From positions 1-35,949 of the IMG/VR virus record IMGVR_UViG_3300025803_000038: a stretch of DNA of 35,949 bases. One strand, 5' to 3'. The notes beneath the pieces are model-generated. The model was not told the DNA's origin. It did not search any database and saw only the letters and a program-made list of their open reading frames with translations. This DNA comes from a virus (taxonomy: Duplodnaviria > Caudoviricetes). Position numbers and translations under genes: made by a program. This document shows, piece after piece, positions 8,458-16,690 of the stretch. Positions within the stretch are counted from its first letter, which is position 1, and every line of letters begins with the position of its first letter.

Positions 8458-10392
8458 TTATTGGTTAACTATTGAACCTTGTCCAACTATTTCGGAGAAC
8501 TCGACGCCTGTTCTTACAGCAACAAAGTTAAGCTGAATATAATTGATTGAACGATTAGGTTTAATGTAAATATCACCTATAAATTCGTTTCTATCTATTA
8601 CATCACTTGTGTTGTTAGTTTCATCTACAACAACCTTAAAGTCTGTAATACCGCGACGCCCTTTAACATCACGTAGGAATGGTTCAACAAGATTTCTAAA
8701 CTGCGCTCTTGTAAACTCATCGTTGAATTCAAACAACGTAAAGTTGGCTGCAGTAGAAATTGCTTTCTCAAGCACAATGAACAATCTTCTTACATTAATT
8801 CTGTCAAATGCACCAGGTTGCGATGTAAGAGTCTTATCTCCATACAATACCGTACCTTGACCTGGAAACGTTACGACAGGGTTAATACTATTTTTGTAAA
8901 GCGTGTCTCTATCTGCTTTTCTTGGATTCCAAGCTAGTTTAACAACATTTTTAACATTGCCACGATTAAAACCAGCTGGTGAGAACCATGGATCTCTTAC
9001 TGAGTCAGTTCTTACCATAAGACCAGCGGTATCTCCATTTAATGGAATCCAGCGATAAACATCATTATACTTGTCGTATTGATATTTCCAACCACTATCT
9101 ATTACTGCGTATGTTGAAGATGGAATGCTGTCTCTGTATGTTACAACATCAGCAGCTTCTTTGCCCAAATACGAGCCGTTATCAACGACAGTGTTTTTAG
9201 GTGGCGATAAACATACAATACAATCTTTACGGACTTCCGCAATATTGTTAATAAGATGCGTTGCTACAGTTTGTCCACCACCAGCTGCAATTAAAAAGGA
9301 GATATCAATATCTTCACTACTTACAAATTTATCCATTGCAGTGTTGATTTCACTTGCGGTAGCCACTGATCCATCAGAACCGTTTACTAGGGAAACTGTT
9401 TGATTTTTTGCTGGAGTTCCATATGTTGTATTGTTAGAAACAGTTCCTGCATTAGTTATATCACTATCGTGTGCTACCCACCAAATATATTTGGATCTAT
9501 TATTTACTACATCTTTATAGTAGTTAGATGCACCAGTAGTATCTTTAGCATCAGAAGCTTTAGAAACGTTTTCAAAAATTTCCAAAACTGTTCCTTTTAC
9601 ACCTGACCATAGACCGTCTTCATCTACAACAGCAATATGCATTGCATCGTAAAGACTACCTGTATCTGTAGCATGTTGTGTTGTGATAGGTGCTCTATTA
9701 GTATTAGAAGCATATTCCCATCTCTTAATTAAACCAGTATTAGCAGTTACCGTTGTACCGGTGTAGCTTGAAGCTAGAGTGACACTAGTACCGTTAGCAG
9801 CTACAGAAGAAATTTTAATTTTTTGTTTTTCACCTGTAGTGGGCCCAACTTCTAGAATATCACCTGCAACCATAATAGCTGCTTGATTAGAAGATAATGT
9901 TAGTGTAGCTGTATTAGAAGTAATTGAATAAGTACCACCAACGGTAGCCTTGTATGCACCTTCGCTAGCACAGACAGAAACTTTTAATGAATTACCAAGA
10001 GCACCAGGATATTTTGCTGCCCACTCACCGATACCTGAAATACCTGAGTTGTAATTATTTACATAGTCGTCTGAGCTTTTAATAAGAGTTGTTTGACCGT
10101 TAGCGGATGCACTATGTGCATTCTTAAGACCTGTTGAGTTAGTTCTTACAACATACAAAGCATTACCGTAGCTAAGAAAATTAGCTGCAGTAAAGAAATT
10201 TTCATAGGTGTTACTGTCAGGCTTTGCGAATTGCGCAGCGAGTTGATCTTCTGAGGTTACGAGAACTCTTTGTTCTACGGGACCCCAGCGAAAATGACCT
10301 GCAATACCGCCCTCTGTAGTAGAGACGGAAGGCACTACAGTTGTCAAATCAACTTCACTGACGTTAACGCCGGGCGATACTTGAAATGGCAT
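8458..10392 (-). CDS. gp18: Contractile tail sheath protein (T4 gp18 homolog)
   Basis: SPGVNVSEVDLT, AKYPGALGN, PWFSPAGFNRG, FDRINVRRLF, FEFNDEFTR, YIKPNRSINYIQLNFVAVRTGVEF. Confidence 0.98.
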   Translation of the reverse strand: MPFQVSPGVNVSEVDLTTVVPSVSTTEGGIAGHFRWGPVEQRVLVTSEDQLAAQFAKPDSNTYENFFTAANFLSYGNALYVVRTNSTGLKNAHSASANGQTTLIKSSDDYVNNYNSGISGIGEWAAKYPGALGNSLKVSVCASEGAYKATVGGTYSITSNTATLTLSSNQAAIMVAGDILEVGPTTGEKQKIKISSVAANGTSVTLASSYTGTTVTANTGLIKRWEYASNTNRAPITTQHATDTGSLYDAMHIAVVDEDGLWSGVKGTVLEIFENVSKASDAKDTTGASNYYKDVVNNRSKYIWWVAHDSDITNAGTVSNNTTYGTPAKNQTVSLVNGSDGSVATASEINTAMDKFVSSEDIDISFLIAAGGGQTVATHLINNIAEVRKDCIVCLSPPKNTVVDNGSYLGKEAADVVTYRDSIPSSTYAVIDSGWKYQYDKYNDVYRWIPLNGDTAGLMVRTDSVRDPWFSPAGFNRGNVKNVVKLAWNPRKADRDTLYKNSINPVVTFPGQGTVLYGDKTLTSQPGAFDRINVRRLFIVLEKAISTAANFTLFEFNDEFTRAQFRNLVEPFLRDVKGRRGITDFKVVVDETNNTSDVIDRNEFIGDIYIKPNRSINYIQLNFVAVRTGVEFSEIVGQGSIVNQ

Positions 10393-10429
10393 TGTATTCT
10401 CTCCTTATGTAGGGTTTTTATTCTTCTTT

Positions 10430-10437
10430 TATTTATA
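10430..10437 (-). promoter_or_regulatory. T4-type late promoter TATAAATA upstream of gp18
   Basis: Exact consensus; AAGGAGAG RBS downstream. Confidence 0.8.
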
Positions 10438-10457
10438 ATTAATCTAGTTTCTACTAG

Positions 10458-12095
10458 TTACCACTTCTCGGTGATAGTGTCAACTGGAGGCAATGACCAT
10501 CCAAGTCTGTCAGTATCAATATTTATGATATTGTCATCCTCTTGGCCATCATCCAAAAACCCAAACGGGAGCATTTCTTCTTCGATCATTCTTTGATTAT
10601 CTTCATACATTTTCCTACGTAAATCACTGTCTGTTAACTCTTTAAAATAGTCCTGGCGTACTAGCCAAGAAAACAGGACAGTACACATAACAACATCATC
10701 ATGAAAGCCTTCTTCTGCTTGATAGCTTTCCTTTATCTGTACAAAGTTGCAGAGCTCGGAGATATAATCATAATCTTCGAAGATAAGTTTATCTTGTTCG
10801 ACCATATCTTTTAATGTGGAGCAACCGAGACGTTTTACTGATTTTGTTGTTCTCACACCAAGTTGAGATCTTCCTCCACCAAAACCTGATGTTATGTATT
10901 GTGCACCATTTCTTTGAGATATTCTAAAGACATTTTCATATTCAAAGTCATGAAACAATATATTAGATACTTGTTCTCCAATATCGTTTATTTCTACTAA
11001 AACAAATGCATTGTTATATTTTTTTGCTGTATTAAAGATAACATCTGGATAAAGCATAGGTGATATATCTTTACTGCGATATAGTCCTACTCCTTTATAA
11101 GGATATTCTGTAATATCAAATACAACGAAAGCAGAATAGTCTTGTCCTAATCCTCTTGATGTGTCAACGACAATAACGTATGTTTTATCTCTTTCTGCTT
11201 CTTCATAGCATTTAAAATTATTTTTTGTGTATAAAGGTGATCTAAAAGTTAATGCTCTTAACTTGGTTGCATGAATGAGAGTATTTGTACTACCTAAGAA
11301 CTCGCATTCAAATTCTTGTCTGAATTGTTCCTCTGATGTATTACGTACTATTTCTTTACGCCATACTTCATCACGACCTGGGACGTCAGACCAATGTATT
11401 TCTATTCTTTCGTAATCGTTTCTTCCCTCTTCACTATCTACCCATAATTTATAAAATAGGTTCATTCCATTAGGGGTTGAGGTAATAATTACCTTAGATG
11501 TTTTACCAGAAGATATGGTAGGGAATACAGAAGTAAAGAACTCTTCCTGTATATTATTAGGTACAAATGCAAACTCGTCTAAGTAGATTAAGTTTTGAGA
11601 TGTACCACGAATAGCGCTTGATGATGTAGATGATGCAAGTATCTCTGTTCCGTTTTCTAATTTAATACTTGCTTTATTCCATTCAACAACGCCTTGTTGT
11701 AGCCATTTAGGTAGATGTTCATACATAAGCTGTATTCTACCAAGTATCTCGATAGCTTGTGAGCGTTTATTAGCAAGAATAGCAATGTTGTAATCTTCGG
11801 TAAAGAGTGCTTTCCAAAGTATATAAGCACCTACGGTTGTAGTTTTACCTACCTGACGAGGAAGTTTGCAGATAGAAAAGCGATTTTGCTCAAAAGTCTT
11901 AACCATGTTATCTTGGAAGTCCCAAGTGTCAAACGGTACGAGACCTTCGTCAATGCTTACAATTTTGACGTATTTTTTAATAAAGTATAAATGATTTGTT
12001 GCACACTTAATATACTCTTGAACTTCTTCTTGAGTATACTCAACTGTAACACCAGCTGCTTTTAAGTTTTGATTACCAAGATATATCTCTGGCAT
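10458..12095 (-). CDS. gp17: Terminase large subunit (T4 gp17 homolog)
   Basis: Walker A PRQVGKTT, Walker B LIYLDEFAF, ITSTPNG, nuclease motifs VDTSRGLGQDYS and HDDVVM. Confidence 0.98.
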   Translation of the reverse strand: MPEIYLGNQNLKAAGVTVEYTQEEVQEYIKCATNHLYFIKKYVKIVSIDEGLVPFDTWDFQDNMVKTFEQNRFSICKLPRQVGKTTTVGAYILWKALFTEDYNIAILANKRSQAIEILGRIQLMYEHLPKWLQQGVVEWNKASIKLENGTEILASSTSSSAIRGTSQNLIYLDEFAFVPNNIQEEFFTSVFPTISSGKTSKVIITSTPNGMNLFYKLWVDSEEGRNDYERIEIHWSDVPGRDEVWRKEIVRNTSEEQFRQEFECEFLGSTNTLIHATKLRALTFRSPLYTKNNFKCYEEAERDKTYVIVVDTSRGLGQDYSAFVVFDITEYPYKGVGLYRSKDISPMLYPDVIFNTAKKYNNAFVLVEINDIGEQVSNILFHDFEYENVFRISQRNGAQYITSGFGGGRSQLGVRTTKSVKRLGCSTLKDMVEQDKLIFEDYDYISELCNFVQIKESYQAEEGFHDDVVMCTVLFSWLVRQDYFKELTDSDLRRKMYEDNQRMIEEEMLPFGFLDDGQEDDNIINIDTDRLGWSLPPVDTITEKW

Positions 12096-12099
12096 ACAG

Positions 12100-12128
12100 T
12101 TGCACTCTCGTTACTCTTTCATTATAAT
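12100..12128 (+). promoter_or_regulatory. Candidate sigma70-type promoter oriented antisense to the late operon
   Basis: TTGCAC (12100-12105), 17-nt spacer, perfect TATAAT (12123-12128) in the 65-nt gap between the nuclease gene and gp17. Confidence 0.45.
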
Positions 12129-12160
12129 AGCGGTGTAGCCGATGAAGGGTAGAAACAATA

Positions 12161-12628
12161 TTATAAAAGATGTCTTAAACCGTCCGGTATAATTACTTTG
12201 CCGTTATCTATAAGACGTCTACGATTCTGTTTATGTTGTTCTTGTAGAACCTCTTTATTGCCACCTTCATAAGGAACTGCGTGTCCTTCTTTGATTAATA
12301 TATCCGTTACATTAGTATAGCGGTTTTCGTTATGATAATAGACCTGAAAGTCTCCAAGTACTCGGCCAAACTTACCTCTCATGTCTTCACCGTCTCGAGC
12401 TACTCTTGTTTTTAATGTAGCGTAGGGCCCGAGAAGTTCCTTAAGTCTGGCTTTTGCTGCTTTTCCAAATATCTTTTCAACTTTGTCACGCGTTCTAGAC
12501 TCCGGTGTATCAATGCCCATAATACGAACCCGTTCATCATTAAGCCAAATACCAAATCCTAAGTCAATGTCAACATCTACTGTATCTCCATCAACAATTT
12601 TTACTATTCTACATTTATACTCATACAT
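12161..12628 (-). CDS. Thermonuclease (SNase-like) family nuclease
   Basis: VDGDTVD, RVRIMGIDTPE, GKFGRVLG and LIKEGHA match staphylococcal nuclease motifs; no signal peptide. Confidence 0.9.
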   Translation of the reverse strand: MYEYKCRIVKIVDGDTVDVDIDLGFGIWLNDERVRIMGIDTPESRTRDKVEKIFGKAAKARLKELLGPYATLKTRVARDGEDMRGKFGRVLGDFQVYYHNENRYTNVTDILIKEGHAVPYEGGNKEVLQEQHKQNRRRLIDNGKVIIPDGLRHLL

Positions 12629-13046
12629 CTTTTTTTCTATCCTTTATAAGCTTTTGTAGTTCAGTAGTGTTGCCTATAAAGAGAGCATTAGTAACGTTTT
12701 GCGGACCTTTATCTGTCTCTTCTTTTAGCTTTTTAACTTTATTTTGTACTTCTAGTAAATCTTTATTAGCGTCCGCTAATGTTTTTACTAACTGTCCGAC
12801 TATCTCAAACGCCCTCGGAGACTCACTCTGATTAGCTATTTCGACTAGCGTATTTAATGCATCTGAGCCCCTCTCTATTACGTTGTATAAGTTTTCTCGA
12901 GCGTATTGATAGTCTGTATCAACATCGTCTGTTTCTTTGGGAGACAGTTTCTCTGAAGGGGTATTCACTATTAGCTCACCTTCGACATCGTTTGGTGGAA
13001 GATTAAAAATTTCTTCGAAATTTTCTTCCATTTTAGTCTTTTTCAT
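12621..13046 (-). CDS. gp16: Terminase small subunit (T4 gp16 homolog)
   Basis: DYQYARENLY, SESPRAFEIVGQL, VTNALFIGNTTELQKL. ATG at 13046, just after the gp15 stop, is preferred over the TTG at 13058. Confidence 0.93.
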   Translation of the reverse strand: MKKTKMEENFEEIFNLPPNDVEGELIVNTPSEKLSPKETDDVDTDYQYARENLYNVIERGSDALNTLVEIANQSESPRAFEIVGQLVKTLADANKDLLEVQNKVKKLKEETDKGPQNVTNALFIGNTTELQKLIKDRKKDV

Positions 13047-13047
13047 A

Positions 13048-13848
13048 TTAATACTCAATCAATGATTTAGCAAATCCATAATCGTCATCAGCTTCGATAG
13101 TATTAGCATCAACTGATAATGCAGTATTAGATGTCGGATTACCATCAGAAGTTAAACCAGGTGTTATAGTAGCCTGAACTCCAAGATCACCAGTTGGTGT
13201 ATTTGGTCTATAATTAATAACGGACCTTCTAATAATACCGGTACTTGAAGTAGGTCCAAATACATATCCTTTCATTGTAAAGTTTAAATTCCATATCAAG
13301 GCTCTTCTTGTTGAAAAGTCACCTTCATATGTATCCTCTACTGAAACATCATTCAATATACAAGGAACATCATAAACTAAGTCCATATCTGGTATTAAAT
13401 TTATATTGTTCGTCCATTCAGGTTGGAAATAAGGTAATATTTGCTCTAATATTTGTGTACCATCATCTGCATTCTTAACAAATATGCTCATCTGAAACTG
13501 TATGTCATATGGTACAGGTCTGAATTGTGTAGTTAAATTAGTCTTATCTGATCTACTAATCTTTACATTTTTTTGTGTAGATGGTAATTTTCTGTTAGAA
13601 GCATAGTTTATACCGGTCATTTCAAAACCTATACGTGGCAATGAAATAGCAACATCTTGATCTAAGTTAGGATCTTGAGATAATCTTACTAAAAACTTTT
13701 CTTTTGGACCATATGCGATAGGTACTTTAAGAGTCTGTATTCTTTCGTCGTTTTGATTAAAACGTTGAACATAGATACCGTTAAACATGTTGCCGAATAC
13801 TACAACATATTTCCTTAATGTTCCATGATAGAATGTTTTACCGAACAT
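13048..13848 (-). CDS. gp15: Tail sheath stabilizer / completion protein (T4 gp15 homolog)
   Basis: FGNMFNGI, KVPIAYGPKEKFL, LPRIGFEM, QILEQILPYFQP, YEGDFSTRR. Confidence 0.95.
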   Translation of the reverse strand: MFGKTFYHGTLRKYVVVFGNMFNGIYVQRFNQNDERIQTLKVPIAYGPKEKFLVRLSQDPNLDQDVAISLPRIGFEMTGINYASNRKLPSTQKNVKISRSDKTNLTTQFRPVPYDIQFQMSIFVKNADDGTQILEQILPYFQPEWTNNINLIPDMDLVYDVPCILNDVSVEDTYEGDFSTRRALIWNLNFTMKGYVFGPTSSTGIIRRSVINYRPNTPTGDLGVQATITPGLTSDGNPTSNTALSVDANTIEADDDYGFAKSLIEY

Positions 13849-13850
13849 TA

Positions 13851-14702
13851 TTAGTACCTATCTATTTCACCGAATGGATTAACTTCACTAAAGTCTAAAA
13901 TATTATCAGCCTGAGTTTGGAAGAACTGGTTGTTAGCTGAACGATCTGTAGTTTCAATAGTATATTCTTGTAGTAATGTACCACCATCTTCAAGCTGTGC
14001 AACTCCGGTACCATCTTCTAAAGTGAACTGATAACCTAATGTATCAAGACTGTATGTAGTCTCAATAGCATCAATAGCAGTATTACCGGTATCCAATCTC
14101 TCTGAGCTGTATTCGAAGAGCTCGCAACGAACATCATACGTTTGCAAACGTCCTGTTTGATAGAATATTTGCTCGTGCTCTACAAACTTAATCTCAAATA
14201 TTTTTCCTACCATTGGAAAATAAATGAGATCGCCCTCTTGAGGTCTGTTGATTGTATTAAGATAGTCATCTCCTTCCAACATAAAGGAGTCTGTATCTTT
14301 AGAACCAGAAAGATATTGTCGTGAAGGAGTTTTGGTACTACCGTCTTCGAAGATAAGATTGTAGCCAACCTCAGTTAACATCTTAGGCGATGTTATAGCT
14401 TGATCAAAGCGTTTTCTTGCAACGGTAAAAGTAATCTGATCTCGTATCTCTAAACCGAAACGAGAAAGAAGATCACCTTCCCCTTCGAAGCCCTCGACGT
14501 TTTTGATATACATTTCAACGTCGATAGCTTCATCGAATTTAGATAAGTCATCCTCACCAAACAAGTGATCCACATTCACCTTAGTGCGAGGCATATACTT
14601 TACATTATGACCGTAGATTTTTATTGCTTCGATCGTTAGATCTTCGACTAAATCTTGTTCTCGGCCATAGTTAAAGTTGTTAAAATAGACATTAGTAGCC
14701 AT
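13851..14702 (-). CDS. gp14: Neck protein (T4 gp14 homolog)
   Basis: EAIKIYG, LFGED, GFEGEGDLLSRFGLEIRD, RPQEGDLIYFP, FEIKFVEHE, CELFEYS, FSEVNPFG. Confidence 0.95.
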   Translation of the reverse strand: MATNVYFNNFNYGREQDLVEDLTIEAIKIYGHNVKYMPRTKVNVDHLFGEDDLSKFDEAIDVEMYIKNVEGFEGEGDLLSRFGLEIRDQITFTVARKRFDQAITSPKMLTEVGYNLIFEDGSTKTPSRQYLSGSKDTDSFMLEGDDYLNTINRPQEGDLIYFPMVGKIFEIKFVEHEQIFYQTGRLQTYDVRCELFEYSSERLDTGNTAIDAIETTYSLDTLGYQFTLEDGTGVAQLEDGGTLLQEYTIETTDRSANNQFFQTQADNILDFSEVNPFGEIDRY

Positions 14703-14703
14703 G

Positions 14704-15447
14704 TTAACCTATCATGTCATGAACTGGTAGACTGTAGCTTGAAATCATTTCATCTTCAAGCTTCATAATAGCTTCTTGAGCTTCTTCCCATATCTTCTGA
14801 CCGTTAAAGGTTAAACCACCCGGCATCTGAAGACCTTCAAACTTTTTAAGATTTTCACCCCATTGACGCTTAAACAGTTGTGTAGTATATCTCAATAGCC
14901 ACCTATCACTATACATGTCAGTATTTACATCTGGGTCGATAACTTGGTAGCTATCAAGAATAATATAATCTCCGACAGGTATTTTATCTGTCCAGCTGGT
15001 ATCGATATAAACTCGATCATTATGACGATTATATCTAATAGGCTGCTTACCTACAAAAGTTTCTTCCAGCATATTGACATGTGTCATTGCCATTGTATAA
15101 GGAACAATAGATGACTGGAGAAGATCGTAAAGATCATTAAGATGAATCTGGTAACGAACGTTAAATAAGTTGTTAACTGAGTATGTACCACCTAGAACAA
15201 AGCAACCAGTTACACCAATAATTGATTCTGGTACAGTAATATAACCGTTTGTTTGATCACTCGCAGTACATATGTGCTTGTAAAAAACACGCTCTGTACC
15301 GTCAAAATGGTAGTCGCGATAATAAGCAATTGCTTCGTCGATACGATCTTCTAGCTGCTCATCATCGACGTTAATATCGACAACTGGCTTACCAAGATTA
15401 CGTAAGCACCATTCTTTGAGTTCATCTCTGGTAGCTGGTTTAGACAT
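14704..15447 (-). CDS. gp13: Neck protein (T4 gp13 homolog)
   Basis: LRNLGKPVVDINVDDEQLEDRIDEA, YHFDG, KRQWGENLKKFEGLQMPGGLTFNG. Confidence 0.95.
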   Translation of the reverse strand: MSKPATRDELKEWCLRNLGKPVVDINVDDEQLEDRIDEAIAYYRDYHFDGTERVFYKHICTASDQTNGYITVPESIIGVTGCFVLGGTYSVNNLFNVRYQIHLNDLYDLLQSSIVPYTMAMTHVNMLEETFVGKQPIRYNRHNDRVYIDTSWTDKIPVGDYIILDSYQVIDPDVNTDMYSDRWLLRYTTQLFKRQWGENLKKFEGLQMPGGLTFNGQKIWEEAQEAIMKLEDEMISSYSLPVHDMIG

Positions 15448-15451
15448 GATG

Positions 15452-15492
15452 CACCTTTATAGTTTGATTTACTATTTATCACTATAAAGATG
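15452..15492 (-). promoter_or_regulatory. RBS-sequestering hairpin upstream of gp13 containing late promoter GATAAATA (15473-15480)
   Basis: Minus-strand arms CATCTTTATAGT and ACTATAAAGGTG form 12 bp with one G:U; the 3' arm holds the AAGGTG RBS; the late motif is in the loop. Confidence 0.65.
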
Positions 15493-15498
15493 TAGGGA

Positions 15499-15732
15499 TT
15501 ATGAGATAACGATTGTATCCGTATCAGAAAAAAATTGCATAGTACCTTTACATACTATATTCCAGTCTAGTCCAGACTGCTCACTCCATGTAGGTACATT
15601 AATGCGGACATATTTGGCCAAGTATTCTTCTTCGTCTTTAAATACTCGCCATACATGAAGAGGGCTTCCGCGACCCGGTTGCCCTCTTGATTTATTGAAG
15701 CGTATCGAGAATTTATTCATAATATATTTCAA
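15499..15732 (-). CDS. Hypothetical protein (accessory cassette)
   Basis: 77-aa ORF, co-oriented and closely spaced; W-rich, non-random sequence (RFNKSRGQPGRG...HVWRVF). Confidence 0.7.
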   Translation of the reverse strand: MKYIMNKFSIRFNKSRGQPGRGSPLHVWRVFKDEEEYLAKYVRINVPTWSEQSGLDWNIVCKGTMQFFSDTDTIVIS

Positions 15733-15738
15733 ATAGTA

Positions 15739-16119
15739 TTATTCGGAACCAGGTAATGCCGGCCAGCTGATATTAGAAGGAAAATCAGCGTCTAGTGTAA
15801 TATCTCGTAAACTTTGTCTGTAGGCAATCCATGCGTCTCTTTCACCTGCTGTCATAGGTGTATCAGACATAACTGCCCAGTCAGAATCGGCAAGTAGTTT
15901 GTTACGTGTAGTACGCGCTTCATCTTCAGCTGAAGGCTCATCGGGTTCAGGATCTGGAGATACCTCAAACCAACCAAGATCATCTTTGCCAACCCAAGAG
16001 AGATCTGATAATTGATCTTTAACACCATGCAGACCGAATATAGGTCCCCAGTTCTCAGGCAGTGGCTCTGGTCCTTGTACTACCTCATTTGTTGATAATT
16101 TTCTTAGCTCCCAAGGCAT
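15739..16119 (-). CDS. Tail fibre assembly chaperone-like protein (Phage_tail_APC-type C-terminal domain)
   Basis: C-terminal motif RNKLLADSDW...D.P...WIAYRQSLRDIT...FP..ISWP; AGGAG RBS. Confidence 0.85.
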   Translation of the reverse strand: MPWELRKLSTNEVVQGPEPLPENWGPIFGLHGVKDQLSDLSWVGKDDLGWFEVSPDPEPDEPSAEDEARTTRNKLLADSDWAVMSDTPMTAGERDAWIAYRQSLRDITLDADFPSNISWPALPGSE

Positions 16120-16132
16120 TGCTGTCTCCTAA

Positions 16133-16675
16133 TTAGTCTTGATTGATTGCTTTGCGGTGCGACTCTGGTAATATTTCGTCAAGATTATCTACATACTCGT
16201 TATTTATTGTTCTTTGCAATTTTTGTTGAGCTTCCTCTACTTCTTGCTTTGCTAGTAAAAGATTTTGATCTGGATTATAACCAAGTAAATCTTGCTTAAA
16301 AACAGCTCCTAGCATAGGTGTATCATCATTCCATTGCCTGTGTGATGCAAAATCTTCTCGAGGTTTAATTGCTATATGACATCCAGCTTGAGCTGCAATC
16401 TGATGAGCAAGCTCAACCGCATGATGGTGACTCATTGGCATATATGCAACAAAACCGTTCTGCATTCTTATATTTATTTCTATACCGTCACCACCGGTAG
16501 AACCTACAGTAACTGATCTACCTCTAAATTGGTCATTTTGACGCGAGGCTATTTGCATTTGTATATCAGCTTCTAATCCTGCTTTGTTATACTTGTCTAC
16601 AAGTTTTTGATCAGGATTTGGGACAACAGGAGCTTTGCTTCTACTTCCTCTTATTTTTTTACTATTTTTTCTCAT
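16133..16675 (-). CDS. Hypothetical protein (accessory cassette)
   Basis: 180-aa ORF with GAGG RBS; basic N-terminus, central globular segment, C-terminal coiled coil. Confidence 0.75.
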   Translation of the reverse strand: MRKNSKKIRGSRSKAPVVPNPDQKLVDKYNKAGLEADIQMQIASRQNDQFRGRSVTVGSTGGDGIEINIRMQNGFVAYMPMSHHHAVELAHQIAAQAGCHIAIKPREDFASHRQWNDDTPMLGAVFKQDLLGYNPDQNLLLAKQEVEEAQQKLQRTINNEYVDNLDEILPESHRKAINQD

Positions 16676-16690
16676 AATAATTATCCTCTG

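Noticed and set aside
8458-12095. Introns, inteins or homing endonucleases in terminase or sheath
   Set aside because: Both ORFs are continuous and of normal length, with no Hint, HNH or GIY-YIG motifs seen.
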